A stretch of DNA of 64,000 bases from Chloroflexota bacterium (GCA_026389845.1 JAPLHB010000170.1:41368-105367); one strand, 5' to 3'; counted from the first letter of the stretch, positions 37,802 to 48,558 are shown. The notes: generated by a model from the sequence alone, not told the origin. Numbers and translations are program-made.

Positions 37802-39027
37802 GAATCGCCATCTACCACAATCTGCCTTCTGGTGGCGGGAAGCGCGCCCTCTACGAGATGACCAGGCGCCTGGCAACCAGGCACTCGGTGGACGTCTACA
37901 TCCTTTCCTGCGCCGAGCACGACTTCTGCAATTTGCGGCCGCACTGCCGCCGCCATGTCGTCTTTCCTTTCCATCCGCTACCTCTGGCTCGCTCACCGTT
38001 CGGCCGTCTCAACCAGGGCATCCGTACTCTGGATCTCTTGCGATTACGTGCCCTGCAGCGGCAAATTGCCGCTCAAATAGACGCTGCGGGCTATGACGTG
38101 GCGTTTATCCACAACTGCCAGTTCGGACAGAGCCCCAGCCTGCTGACTTTTCTGCGAACACCATCGGTCTATTACTGTGCAGAGCCACCGCGTTTGATCT
38201 ATGAGCCGCCGGTGTCTCGCCCTTACACGACCTTCACCCGTGGGCAGCGTCTTGGCAACTTGGTTGACCCGCTGCCGCATATCTACCGTCGGGTGCTAGC
38301 CACCCTGGATCGCGCCAACGTGTGGGCGGCCAACCTGGTCTTGACCAATTCGGCCTACTCGCGCGAAAGTCTGTATCGTGCCTACGGCATCTTTGCTCGC
38401 GTGTGTTACTTGGGCGTAGATACTGGGAGCTTCCATCCCTTGGCGCTCCCCAAAGAGGATTTCGTCCTATCGGTGGGCGCTCTCAACCCTCGCAAAGGTT
38501 TCGACTTTCTCATTTACAGCCTTGCTGTGATGGAGAGTTCGGAGAGACCACGCCTGGTTCTTGCCAGCAACCACACTGAAGAGCGCGAGCAGCAGTACCT
38601 GACGCAACTCGCTAGACGCTTGCGGGTGGAGGTGGAGTTTCGCAGTCGGGTTAGCGATAGGCAATTACTGGCGCTCTATAACCAGGCGCGTGCCACGGTC
38701 TACGCGCCTATCATGGAGCCTTTTGGCTTCGTGCCCATTGAGTCGATGGCGTGCGGGACGCTGGTCGTCGGCGTGCGCGAAGGCGGGGTGCGCGAAACCA
38801 TCCTACACGGTGTGACGGGGTTGCTCGTGGAGCGAGACCCACAGGCGTTCGCGACTGCGCTCAGCAAGGTTCTGGCCGACCCCGTGTGGGCTAATGAACT
38901 CGGCCGGAACGGGATCCGCCACGTCCAGGGGGCGTGGACCTGGGAAGCGTCACTCAGCCAATTGGAAGCGAGTTTGCAGGTTGCTGCCAACCGTAATATG
39001 GCGATAGGAGACCTTCGCCATGAGTAA
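37798..39027 (+). CDS. GT4 (GT-B fold) glycosyltransferase
   Basis: The E(x7)E-type region is YAPIMEPFGFVPIESMACGTLVVGVREGGVRE. Confidence 0.85.
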   Translation: MRIAIYHNLPSGGGKRALYEMTRRLATRHSVDVYILSCAEHDFCNLRPHCRRHVVFPFHPLPLARSPFGRLNQGIRTLDLLRLRALQRQIAAQIDAAGYDVAFIHNCQFGQSPSLLTFLRTPSVYYCAEPPRLIYEPPVSRPYTTFTRGQRLGNLVDPLPHIYRRVLATLDRANVWAANLVLTNSAYSRESLYRAYGIFARVCYLGVDTGSFHPLALPKEDFVLSVGALNPRKGFDFLIYSLAVMESSERPRLVLASNHTEEREQQYLTQLARRLRVEVEFRSRVSDRQLLALYNQARATVYAPIMEPFGFVPIESMACGTLVVGVREGGVRETILHGVTGLLVERDPQAFATALSKVLADPVWANELGRNGIRHVQGAWTWEASLSQLEASLQVAANRNMAIGDLRHE

Positions 39028-39937
39028 GCAGGCAACCCAACCCAAGGTCGCCATCGTCGTGCTGAACTGGCGCAAACCTGCCGAGACCCTGGCCTGCCTG
39101 GCATCGCTGGAACAACTCAGCTATCACAGCGCCCAGGTCATCGTCGTGGACAACGGGTCGGACGACAACTCGGTGGCGCTAATCCGCCAGCACTACCCCT
39201 ACGTGCGAGTCCTGGAAACAGACGCCAACTTGGGCTATGCTGGCGGAAATAACGTGGGCATTCGGCACGCGCTCAACCAGGGTGCCGAGTACATTTGCAT
39301 TCTCAACAACGACGTATTAGTTGCGCCGGGCTTCTTGGAACCGTTGCTGGCGGCTGCTGTTGGCGAAGATGGGACGCTTGCGATTGCATCGCCGGCTGTC
39401 TGCGAGTTGGGCCGTCCCGATCTCATCTGGAGCTTAGGCGCAAATATCGTGTGGCGCAACGGTTCAGTAGTACGGCTGCACAGCGGCGAAGCGTATGCGG
39501 CCTGGGTTGGACGGCCTCCCTTCGAGGTCGATTACACCCCGGGCAGCGCCATGTTGGTGCCTCGCAAGGCTTGGGAAGCAGTCGGCTTAATGGATGAAGT
39601 CTATTTCCTGTATTATGAAGAAGCAGAATGGTGTATTCGGGCACAACGCGCTGGCTTCAGGATTTTGGCGGTACCCAATTCAGCAGTTTGGCACGAAGTA
39701 GAGGCGCAACAAGGCCGTGGTTCTCCTGCGGTTACTTATTACATGGTACGCAATGCTCTGCGCTTTCTCCGGCGCAACCTGCCGGCTGACTCGGTGACCG
39801 GGCCCATGCTGCGCGTGGCCTTACTGGCCCACTGGAATGTGCTTGGCGATCTGCGCCGCGGTCAGTTCAGACGGGCCTGGTCTCGCGTGCGAGGCGTTTA
39901 CGATTATGCCCTTAACCGTTTTGGACCGCTGAAATGA
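39020..39937 (+). CDS. GT2 glycosyltransferase
   Basis: VAIVVLNWRKPAETLACLASL...VIVVDNGSDDNS...GYAGGNNVG. Confidence 0.85.
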   Translation: MSKQATQPKVAIVVLNWRKPAETLACLASLEQLSYHSAQVIVVDNGSDDNSVALIRQHYPYVRVLETDANLGYAGGNNVGIRHALNQGAEYICILNNDVLVAPGFLEPLLAAAVGEDGTLAIASPAVCELGRPDLIWSLGANIVWRNGSVVRLHSGEAYAAWVGRPPFEVDYTPGSAMLVPRKAWEAVGLMDEVYFLYYEEAEWCIRAQRAGFRILAVPNSAVWHEVEAQQGRGSPAVTYYMVRNALRFLRRNLPADSVTGPMLRVALLAHWNVLGDLRRGQFRRAWSRVRGVYDYALNRFGPLK

Positions 39938-40542
39938 CCGCTTCGCATCCCAACCGCTCGCGTCATCCAGTTCTTGGCCGTCTGCCACTGCCCGTCAAAA
40001 AACTAGCTCACAAGGTGTTCTGGTTAGCCTACGATGCCCGCGACTTCCTGGCTGAAGCCGTAGGCTGGTTGCCGTCTAGTCGGCTGCGCCGTCTGCTTTG
40101 GCGAATGCTAGGGGTCTCGATCGGCCGCGAGACCAGCATCCAGCGCAATTGCCGCTTCTACCGGCCGGGCCAGGTGCGGATCGGCGACCACTGTGTGATC
40201 CTGCGCGACGTATTGCTAGATGGACGTATGGGGGTGACAATCAGCGATAATGTCAACATTTCTGAGGGTGTGCTGATCTTCTCGCTGCATCACGACATGC
40301 GCAGCCCGGAATTTGCGGCCAGCGGCGCGCCGGTCACCATCAGCGATCATGTATTCGTGGGTGCGCGTGCCATCATCCTGCCGGGCGTTGAGCTCGGACG
40401 CGGAGCCGTAGTCGCCGCTGGAGCCGTGGTAGCGAAGAGCGTACCCCCGCTGACCATCGTAGGCGGTGTCCCTGCACACCCCATTGGGACTCGGCCCGAC
40501 GTTCTGTCGTACACCCTTGATTACCGGAAGTTCCTCGGCTGA
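39934..40542 (+). CDS. Left-handed beta-helix acetyltransferase
   Basis: [49 protein letters not shown]. Confidence 0.8.
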   Translation: MTASHPNRSRHPVLGRLPLPVKKLAHKVFWLAYDARDFLAEAVGWLPSSRLRRLLWRMLGVSIGRETSIQRNCRFYRPGQVRIGDHCVILRDVLLDGRMGVTISDNVNISEGVLIFSLHHDMRSPEFAASGAPVTISDHVFVGARAIILPGVELGRGAVVAAGAVVAKSVPPLTIVGGVPAHPIGTRPDVLSYTLDYRKFLG

Positions 40543-40558
40543 GCGAAGGTAGGATCGT

Positions 40559-41767
40559 ATGAGATTATTGGTTGTCTCGGAAATGTTCCCCTATCCGCCC
40601 ATCAGCGGTGCGAAGATTCGGGCCTACAACCTGATCCGCCAACTGGCCCAACTGGCCGAGATTGACTTGATCGCTCAAGTGCGCACCCTGACCCCAGCCC
40701 AGCTAGCAGCCGGCACAGAACATCTGAGACAGTATTGCCGTTCGGTAACGAGCGTGCCGGGGATACCCTATCGGTACAGCATCGGCAAGGCACTACGAAC
40801 GCTGGTCGACCCGGTCCCGCCGGTAGTGCGCTACTCGAGAAACGTGTCTCTGGAACAGTTGGTGGCCCAAGCCTGGGATGGCCGTTACAATGCAGCCATA
40901 GCCACGATATCGGGTTCCCCAAATGCGGCACTCCGAAGTCTGGTAACCCTAGGTGTGCGGCCTTTGGTCGCAGACTCACTCGAGCTGGGGGTCTTCCGGC
41001 CCCGGGGCGCATGGGTTTCGTTGCGTCGCCTGCGCAACACAGTGACATGGTGGCGCATGAGGCGTTTCGCGCGCCAGCTCCTGGCGCACGTCGATGCGAT
41101 AACCGTCACCTCTGAGACTGAGAAAACGCTGTTCGCGGATCTTGTGTCGCGTCCCGACCAGTGCACCGTAGTACCGAATGGCATCGATGTGCGGGACTAC
41201 GACGGTCAGTACGGGCCTCGCGATTACAGCGCGTTGTTTTATGCCGGATCGTTTTCGTACATGGCTAACTACGAAGCCATGCTGTGGTTCACGCAGAGCG
41301 TCTTTCAACATATCCCCGAACGAGAAACGCTGCACGTATGCGTCACGGGCAATACGGCGGGCCGCGACCTGGCGCCGTTGCGGCAGGCCTGCCCCCAGAT
41401 CGAGTTCCCGGGCTTTGTGGATGACGTGCGGCCCTACTTCGCAGGCAGCAGCATCTGCATCGTCCCGATCAAATCAGGCGGATCAACACGGCTCAAGATC
41501 GTGGAATCAATGGCGCTGTTTACGCCGGTAGTCAGCACGAGTGTCGGAGCGGAGGGATTGGACGTCACACACGAAGAGAACATCCTCATTGCAGACTCTC
41601 CGGAAGCCTTCGCCACGCAAATCGCTCGGCTGAGGAACGACCGAAGCCTGTGGAAGCGGCTGTCCGCTGGAGGTCGCCGACTGGTCGAAGACCACTACTC
41701 GGCCGACCGTATGCGTCAGCAATTCATCCAAATCCTGGGTCGTCTTGAGATGGGAGGGAAACCTTGA
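40559..41767 (+). CDS. GT4 glycosyltransferase
   Basis: MRLLVVSEMFPYPPISGAKIRAYNL...PIKSGGSTRLKIVESMALFTPVVST. Confidence 0.8.
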   Translation: MRLLVVSEMFPYPPISGAKIRAYNLIRQLAQLAEIDLIAQVRTLTPAQLAAGTEHLRQYCRSVTSVPGIPYRYSIGKALRTLVDPVPPVVRYSRNVSLEQLVAQAWDGRYNAAIATISGSPNAALRSLVTLGVRPLVADSLELGVFRPRGAWVSLRRLRNTVTWWRMRRFARQLLAHVDAITVTSETEKTLFADLVSRPDQCTVVPNGIDVRDYDGQYGPRDYSALFYAGSFSYMANYEAMLWFTQSVFQHIPERETLHVCVTGNTAGRDLAPLRQACPQIEFPGFVDDVRPYFAGSSICIVPIKSGGSTRLKIVESMALFTPVVSTSVGAEGLDVTHEENILIADSPEAFATQIARLRNDRSLWKRLSAGGRRLVEDHYSADRMRQQFIQILGRLEMGGKP

Positions 41768-42774
41768 CACAGGCTGTTACCGATCCCGCAACCGTATCGG
41801 CTTTGAAGGGCGCTCGGGTTTTGGTGACCGGAGGCTGTGGCTTTATCGGGTCGCACTTGGTGGAGGCGTTGGTCGCCCAGGACGCGGTTGTTTGGGTAGT
41901 GGACAATCTACAAGCGGGCACCCAAGACAACCTGAAAAGCGTAGCCGATAGGGTCTCCGTGCTGATCGGCGATGTTCGTGACTCAGCATTCGTGAACGAG
42001 GCGGTGGCTCGCAGTGCTCCGCAGTACGTCTTTCATCTGGCAGCGAACGCGTCAGTGCCGGGGTCTGTGAAGGATCCTGCCTACGACTTCGAGACCAATA
42101 GTGGTGGCGCTTTCGTCCTGCTGAATGCACTGCGTACCATTGAAGGCTGCGAGAAGGTGATCCTGGCCTCGTCAGGCGCGGTGTACGGAGAGCCGCAAGC
42201 GTTTCCAATCACCGAGGAGACCCCCGTCCGCCCCATCTCACCCTACGGCGCAAGCAAGGCCGGGGCCGAGATATCGGCCCGGATGTTCCATGACGTCTAC
42301 GGCCTGCCGGTAGTGATCGCGCGCATCTTCAACACGTATGGGCCACGCATGGCCCGCTTCGTGATTCTCGACTTTCTGCGTAAGTTACAGCGCGATCCCA
42401 ATGTCCTGGAGGTGCTGGGTACAGGTCAGCAGAAACGCGATTTCAACTACATTACCGACGCGGTAGAGGGTTTGTTGATCCTGGCAGGAGGAGGAAAAGT
42501 CCCCAATGCGTATAACCTTTCCTCTGGCCAAAGCATTTCTGTTGCAGAAATGGCGCTGCTAGTCATATCTGCCCTGTGCCTAAGCACCCAAACACGCATC
42601 GTGTACACTGGCAGCAGTTGGATCGGCGACGCCCAGCGCTGGGAAGTCTCGATTGCGAAGCTTTGTGATCTGGGATATGCACCGCGGGTTACTCTGGATG
42701 ACGGGTTACGCCGTACCATTGATTGGTTCCGAACGATCCATCTAACTCCACGGCCTGAGGGAGATAGCCCGTGA
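41764..42774 (+). CDS. NAD-dependent epimerase/dehydratase (SDR family)
   Basis: VLVTGGCGFIGSHLVEAL...SSGAVYG...YGASKAGAE. Confidence 0.85.
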   Translation: MTQAVTDPATVSALKGARVLVTGGCGFIGSHLVEALVAQDAVVWVVDNLQAGTQDNLKSVADRVSVLIGDVRDSAFVNEAVARSAPQYVFHLAANASVPGSVKDPAYDFETNSGGAFVLLNALRTIEGCEKVILASSGAVYGEPQAFPITEETPVRPISPYGASKAGAEISARMFHDVYGLPVVIARIFNTYGPRMARFVILDFLRKLQRDPNVLEVLGTGQQKRDFNYITDAVEGLLILAGGGKVPNAYNLSSGQSISVAEMALLVISALCLSTQTRIVYTGSSWIGDAQRWEVSIAKLCDLGYAPRVTLDDGLRRTIDWFRTIHLTPRPEGDSP

Positions 42775-44201
42775 GCGATGGTTTGCTCGCTTTGCGTCGG
42801 TTCTCCGTACGAAGGTCTTGGCTGGCCCTTGCCACGATCGCGGCTGTGCTGGCGCTATCCGCCCTGTTGGGCATGCGCGCCTCGGTCATGTGGCTGGGCC
42901 TGCTGGTCGCGGGCCTGTCTGGCCTAATCCTGCTGCAGAGGCCGGTCCTGAGCCTGCTGGCCCTGGTGGCTGCAGCCCTGGTCTTGCCCCTGAAGATCGG
43001 CACCGGCACCGAGGTCAAGATCAACCCCGCCACCCTGCTGATCCCGGCAGTCTTGGCCCTCTGGCTGCTGGGCATGATCTTGCGCCGCGACCTGCACCTC
43101 GCGGCCGCGCGGGTCAACCGTCCGCTGCTTCTATTCCTGCTGGCTGGCCTGCTCTCCCTGGGGGTCGGTAACGCCACTTGGGATCTGACTGTGCCCCGCG
43201 TCGGCAACTTCCTGCTGGTGCAACTGGCGCAGTGGGCCATTTTCGCCTTCTCCGCTGGCGCGCTTTGGCTAACCGGCAACCTGGTCAAGGATGAGGTCTG
43301 GCTGCGCCGCCTGACGTGGGCTTTTCTGATACTGGCCGGGGGCATGGCGCTTCCACGTCTGCTGCCCGGCGCCGGGGCGTTCGCTGACCGCTTCGCGACC
43401 ATCGCCTTCACTCGCGCGCCGCTGTGGACTTTGCTGGCTGCGCTAACGGCCGGGCAATTGCTCTTCAACGCCGGCCTGCGCCCGCTCGCCCGCATCTTCC
43501 TGGCGTCTGTCCTGGTGGCCTGCGTGGCCTACGCCTTTTTCGAGCAGCGCGAGGCCGCGTCCGCCTGGGTGGGGATCGGCACGGCACTGGGGGTGCTGGC
43601 GTGGCTGCGCTTTCCACGGCTGCGTTGGCTGCTCATCGCCTTGGTCGTCGCCCTCGTGTTGATCGGCATCCTTTTCCCGGCAATCTACAACTTCGCGGGC
43701 GGGGACCAGGAATGGGCCACCAGCGGTGGCTCGCGACTGGTGCTCGCTCAGCGCGTGATCGAGGTGACGCTGCGCAATCCCATCACCGGCCTGGGCCCCG
43801 CCGCCTATCGGCCCTACGCCAACATGAAGCCATTGCCCTACCAGGGCGCGTACTGGATCGCGCCGCAGATCAACTCGCACAACAACTACGTGGACCTCTT
43901 TGCCCACGTGGGACTGCTCGGCCTGGGCCTCTTCCTCTGGTTTGCCGTCGAGTTGGGTCTCCTGGGCTGGCGCCTAAGCCAACGCTACCGGACGGGTTTC
44001 CTGGCCGGCTACGCCAATGGCATCTTGGCCGCCTGGGTTGGCAGCCTGGTCATTATGGCGCTAGCCGACTGGATGCTGCCTTTCGTTTATAACATTGGCT
44101 TTGAAGGTTTTCAGGCCAGTGTCCTGGTCTGGCTGTTCCTGGGCGGGCTGGTGTCGTTGGAGCAGATCGCGGGCCATCAAAACGGAGACCACCAACCTTG
44201 A
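42771..44201 (+). CDS. O-antigen polymerase/ligase-like membrane protein (Wzy_C)
   Basis: It has about 12 transmembrane helices and the motif GLGPAAY...INSHNNYVDLFAHVGLLGLGLFLWF. Confidence 0.75.
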   Translation: MSDGLLALRRFSVRRSWLALATIAAVLALSALLGMRASVMWLGLLVAGLSGLILLQRPVLSLLALVAAALVLPLKIGTGTEVKINPATLLIPAVLALWLLGMILRRDLHLAAARVNRPLLLFLLAGLLSLGVGNATWDLTVPRVGNFLLVQLAQWAIFAFSAGALWLTGNLVKDEVWLRRLTWAFLILAGGMALPRLLPGAGAFADRFATIAFTRAPLWTLLAALTAGQLLFNAGLRPLARIFLASVLVACVAYAFFEQREAASAWVGIGTALGVLAWLRFPRLRWLLIALVVALVLIGILFPAIYNFAGGDQEWATSGGSRLVLAQRVIEVTLRNPITGLGPAAYRPYANMKPLPYQGAYWIAPQINSHNNYVDLFAHVGLLGLGLFLWFAVELGLLGWRLSQRYRTGFLAGYANGILAAWVGSLVIMALADWMLPFVYNIGFEGFQASVLVWLFLGGLVSLEQIAGHQNGDHQP

Positions 44202-45400
44202 GGATTATCCATCTGCTCCATCACTCCATTTCACCCTTTGCGGGACAATATCCCGACCGGGATCCGCTGCACTACGATACCGGCCTACCGATGCGCTTTG
44301 CGCGCGCGATCCGCGCGCGCGATCCCGATGTCGAGCTGGAGTGCTGGCGCCCCGAGCACACGCTGCACGAACCCTACGCCTGGGTAGATGAGGGACATCG
44401 CATCCGACATCGGGTTTTCCCATCGCATTACCTCCGCTACAATCTTGAGCTGTCTCCACCGCTCTTGGCCGCCGTCCGAGAGGCAGCTTCCGACAGCCGC
44501 ACTTGTTTCCTCCTGCACGGCTCATACAACTTGCACACCTACGCACTGGCTTCAATCCTGCAGAGAGCGCCGGTCATCCTTCAGAGCCACGGCGGTTTCC
44601 CGGCCAGGGTGCTCCTGCAGATCAGCCGGCATCGGTGGCTCAAATTTCTCTATCTGCCGCTGATCCCGATTGAAGCAGCGACTCTGCCGAAGTATCCCCA
44701 CATCTTCGCGATCAGTGCAGAAGAACAGGATTACCTCCAACGTTTCTTCCCTGGCAGCCAGGTTTCGTTCTCTCCTACAGGCATTGATTTCAACCACTTC
44801 TCACCTGACGACAAGCACCTTTCCCGTCAACTCTGTAACCTGGATCCCACCGACCCAATCGTGCTCTATGTCGGCCGTCTTTCTGCCGAGAAAGGCCTCG
44901 ATTATCTGATCGAGGGCTTCCCGACGGTCGTCAGCCGCTTTCCTGGAGCACGGCTGTTCATCATCGGCAGTGGGCCTCTGCAGGCAGCCCTGGCAGCCCA
45001 GGTAGACCGTTTGGGATTGGCAGGAAGAGTGAAGTTCGTCGGTCACGTCCCCAACGCTGAACTACCCCGTTGGTACAGCGCCGCCGATGTGACCGTGATG
45101 CCCAGCCTGCTCGAGTGGTTTGGCATGGTCGCCGCCGAGTCAATGGCCTGTGGCACGCCTGTCGTGGCCACTCAGGCCGGCGGCGCGGTAGACATCGTGC
45201 GCGAGTTCGAGTGTGGGATCCTGGTGCCACCGCGCGATCCGGTGCAACTGGCCGAGGGGATTTGTGCGGTGCTGAATGGCTCCGCCAACACGCGCCCCAA
45301 CATCGAACGTGCACGGAACGCATTCGACTGGTCAGTCAAGCTCAGGTACCTATTCAGCCTGTTTGAAGCGATGGCTGCCGGAAGGACAAGCAGCCGATGA
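44198..45400 (+). CDS. GT4 glycosyltransferase
   Basis: YVGRLSAEKGLDYLI...MPSLLEWFGMVAAESMACGTPVVATQAGG. Confidence 0.85.
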   Translation: MRIIHLLHHSISPFAGQYPDRDPLHYDTGLPMRFARAIRARDPDVELECWRPEHTLHEPYAWVDEGHRIRHRVFPSHYLRYNLELSPPLLAAVREAASDSRTCFLLHGSYNLHTYALASILQRAPVILQSHGGFPARVLLQISRHRWLKFLYLPLIPIEAATLPKYPHIFAISAEEQDYLQRFFPGSQVSFSPTGIDFNHFSPDDKHLSRQLCNLDPTDPIVLYVGRLSAEKGLDYLIEGFPTVVSRFPGARLFIIGSGPLQAALAAQVDRLGLAGRVKFVGHVPNAELPRWYSAADVTVMPSLLEWFGMVAAESMACGTPVVATQAGGAVDIVREFECGILVPPRDPVQLAEGICAVLNGSANTRPNIERARNAFDWSVKLRYLFSLFEAMAAGRTSSR

Positions 45401-46160
45401 CCAGAAACGCGCGTGCGCGGGCCACTCGGAACGATTTTGTCCTCGATGTGGGATCGGGCGGGCATCCGCATTCGAGCGCCGACGTCCTGGTTGATCGCTA
45501 CCTTGAGGATACCCTTCGACATCGCGGCAACCGGCCGCTAGTCAAGGACCGCCCTTTCGTGTTGGCGATGCCTCGGCGCTCCCGTTCCGAGACAAGAGCT
45601 TCGATTATGTGATCTGCAACCAGGTCGTCGAGCATTTGGAGCAACCGTCCAGGGCATTGGATGAGTTGACCAGGGTGGAAAAGCGTGGTTTCCTGGCAAC
45701 CCCTTCCGAGTTCGAGGAGATGATCTGTACGGCGCCCAATCATCTATGGGCTTTTGCCGAACAGGATGGCGAGCTGCGCTTCAAACGCAAACAGCCGATC
45801 CATGAACTTGCCACGACGCAGGTCTTCGGCGGCGTGTTCTGGATGCTGCACAGTAACCCGCTTTACAAGCGATTGATGTTTGAATATCCCAAGCTGTTCT
45901 GGGTGAGCCTGGAATGGGAGGGACGGATCAACTATCGCGAGGTATCGGCCAACTGTCAGTTCTACGACTACCACAACTCGGTGTCGGTAGGGCCCTTGCT
46001 GGAACGAGCGCGTGCCGAGAACCTCGTTGAGTCCCTCAAGCGCTGGCTATTCTCGATCCTAGACCTGCAGCAGATTGGTAGAATCGCAGCGGTCCGCCGA
46101 AGGCTGCGAGAGTTGCTAATTCGCTTCATGGGACGGTCAACAAAAGAGTCACATTCATAA
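45397..46160 (+). pseudogene. Class I SAM methyltransferase with a frame break near 45555-45562
   Basis: Motif I DFVLDVGSGGHP and ...LVKDRPF read in frame 1. The continuation VGDASALPFRDKSFDYVICNQVVEHLEQP reads in frame 0 (open from 45507). One inserted nucleotide would join them. Confidence 0.7.
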
Positions 46161-46169
46161 GATGCTTCG

Positions 46170-47090
46170 ATGACTACCCAACCCGCTCTCTCAATCGTTA
46201 TCGTCAACTGGAACACGCGCGATCTGCTGGCAGGATGCCTGGCGTCAGTGGTCGGAAGTCAGGCGGCAAGCGGTCTGACCCCTGAAGTCTTCGTCGTTGA
46301 CAACGCCTCCACGGACGACAGCGCGGCGATGGTGCGGAATCGGTTCCCGTGGGTTCGGTTGATCGAGAACCGGGAGAACGTAGGGTTTGCGCGGGCCAAC
46401 AACCAGGGGATCGCGCTGGCGACGGGGCGCTACGTCTTGTTGCTCAACCCCGACACCGAGGTCTGGCCGGGGGCGCTGGCGGCGCTGGTCGCGTTCATGG
46501 CCGCGCACCCGCGGGCCGGCGCGTGCGGTGCGCGGCTGCTCAACGCTGACGGCTCCTTGCAGCCCGCCTGCCACCCCATACTCACCCCGGGCCGCGAGTT
46601 CTGGCGGCTGCTCTTCCTGGAAAAGCTCTGGCCGCGGGCCACCTATCCCATGCATCGGTGGGACACCGTCACGCCTCACCGCGTCGAGGTCATCAAGGGA
46701 GCGTGCCTGCTTCTGCGCCGGGAAACCCTGGATCAGGTGGGCCTGCTGGATGAAAGCTACTTCATGTATACCGAAGAGGTAGACCTGTGCTATCGGCTGG
46801 CTCAGGCCGGTTGGGAGTTGTGGTACGTGCCCGCGGCCGTCGTCACCCACTACGGCGAGGCCAGCAGCCGGCAAATGCGGGAGGCCATGTACCTTCAGCT
46901 TTACTGCAGCAAAGTGCAGTTCTACCGCAAGTTCGGCGGCGAAGCCCGCGCGGCGCGCTTCAAGCGTCTCGTGCGCCTGGCCTACTGGCCGCGGTTAGCG
47001 GCCGCCGCGCTGGGCAGCCGTCTGAAGCCCTCCCTGTCCGCCCAGGCTCGCACCTATCGCCGGCTGTTAGCAGAGTTGGTGGAAATGTAA
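46170..47090 (+). CDS. GT2 glycosyltransferase
   Basis: LSIVIVNWNTRDLLAGCLASV...VVDNASTDDS...GFARANNQG. Confidence 0.85.
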   Translation: MTTQPALSIVIVNWNTRDLLAGCLASVVGSQAASGLTPEVFVVDNASTDDSAAMVRNRFPWVRLIENRENVGFARANNQGIALATGRYVLLLNPDTEVWPGALAALVAFMAAHPRAGACGARLLNADGSLQPACHPILTPGREFWRLLFLEKLWPRATYPMHRWDTVTPHRVEVIKGACLLLRRETLDQVGLLDESYFMYTEEVDLCYRLAQAGWELWYVPAAVVTHYGEASSRQMREAMYLQLYCSKVQFYRKFGGEARAARFKRLVRLAYWPRLAAAALGSRLKPSLSAQARTYRRLLAELVEM

Positions 47091-47138
47091 TGGGTGCCAA
47101 CCCTGTCTTTCCCTGCTCCGATCCCTGAGTACGGCCCT

Positions 47139-47902
47139 ATGAGCATCGAACAAAAACTCCAACTCGAACGCGAATGGCACGAATCCGAGGACTTCGCTCG
47201 TAACGACAACTCGCTGATCGTCGGCTGTATGCGTCCCCCGCGTTCAAGGAGGCCGAAGCCTATCACATGGCGGCGCTGGGCGACGTGGCCGGCCAACACG
47301 TGCTGGACTACGGCTGCGGCGCTGGCGGCACGACGGCCCAGCTCCTGGCACGCGGGGCGCAGGTCACCGGCTTCGACATCTCGCTCACTCGGCTGCATGA
47401 GGCGCGTCAGCGCGTTGCCATCGCGCCGGACGGATCGCCGGCCGGCCTGTTGCAGTGCGCGGCCGAGATGCTCCCCTTTGCGGATGGCGTCTTCGACGCG
47501 GTATTGGGCAAGCAGATCCTCCACCACCTGGACCTGCCAATCGCCATCCCCGAGATCGCGCGCGTGCTGCGCCCCGGCGGCCGCGCCGTCCTCCTGGAGC
47601 CGCTCATCCACAACCCCCTGCTGGAGGGCTACCGCCGCCTCACGCCGCACCTGCGCAGCCCCACCGAACGCGCACTGAGCATGCACGACCTGCAGCGCAT
47701 CGCTGCCCACTTTAGCCGTTGGGAGCACCGCGAGTTCGTCCTCCTGGCCGTTCTGCCGGCCTTGCTCGGCGCCATCACCCATCGCCGACCGGCTTGGCCG
47801 CGCCTGCAAGCCCGCTGCACGAAGCTCGACCGCTGGCTGGTCACTGCCATCCCGTTCCTGGGTCGCTACTACTGGGAAACGGTTATCGTCCTGCAACGGT
47901 AA
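47139..47902 (+). CDS. Class I SAM methyltransferase with an apparent frame break near 47222-47226 (the intact part is ORF 47267..47902)
   Basis: MSIEQKLQLEREWHESEDFARNDNSLIVG reads in one frame. (R)LYASPAFKEAEAYHMAALGDVAGQHVLDYGCGAGG reads in the next frame, which is open from 47204 with no ATG/GTG/TTG before 47267. Confidence 0.6.
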
Positions 47903-47976
47903 GAGAGCGCGAGAAAAATGGAAACGCAGCCGCTGCTGCAAACTGATACCCGGATCCTACCGCCAAGCCCATCCGT

Positions 47977-48558
47977 TTATCCGCTGGCATCCGTTGCCGC
48001 ATCCCCCCGCAGCGCCACAACATTCGTTTGCGCTGCGCCGATATTCAACTGCACCAGCGCCGGCGTCCGCTGCGCCAGCTTGCGGATTCGCGCCAGCGTC
48101 TCGCACGCCCGCAGATAGCTGTGCTGCGCGACGCCGGCTCGCTCCTCCATAAAGCGTACGGCCTGCTCGCTCGCCTTACCATCTCCCATGACCGCGTTGA
48201 ACTCAAACTCAGCCAGACTCCAACGCAGATGATACAAAACCACTTGCTCGATCAGCAGCCGCTCCAGCGCCGGCGCCGTCTCATACCCCAGCTCGGCTCG
48301 CAGTTCTGCCTGTCCGCGCCTCATAGACTCAGCCATCAGGGGCGTCTTCCCCAGCACTGCGATCAGCCTATCCTCAGCGTAGACCACCAGGTCGCCTACA
48401 TGTCGCCACAGCCCCGGGTGCGCCTCCAGGTGCACCTGCAGCGCCCGCACTTCCGCGTCCGCGCCGTCCGTCTGCTTGGCCTTAGCCGCCAGTTCCCGCA
48501 GCCGTGCCAACGCCTCATCATCCTCATCGCGGATCTTGAGAGCCCTATTTTCAACCAT
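47977..48558 (-). CDS. Hypothetical helical protein (second gene of an antisense two-gene module)
   Basis: The ATG at 48558 overlaps the upstream gene's stop as ATGGTTGA. It encodes a 193-aa protein. No family was recognised. Confidence 0.6.
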   Translation of the reverse strand: MVENRALKIRDEDDEALARLRELAAKAKQTDGADAEVRALQVHLEAHPGLWRHVGDLVVYAEDRLIAVLGKTPLMAESMRRGQAELRAELGYETAPALERLLIEQVVLYHLRWSLAEFEFNAVMGDGKASEQAVRFMEERAGVAQHSYLRACETLARIRKLAQRTPALVQLNIGAAQTNVVALRGDAATDASG

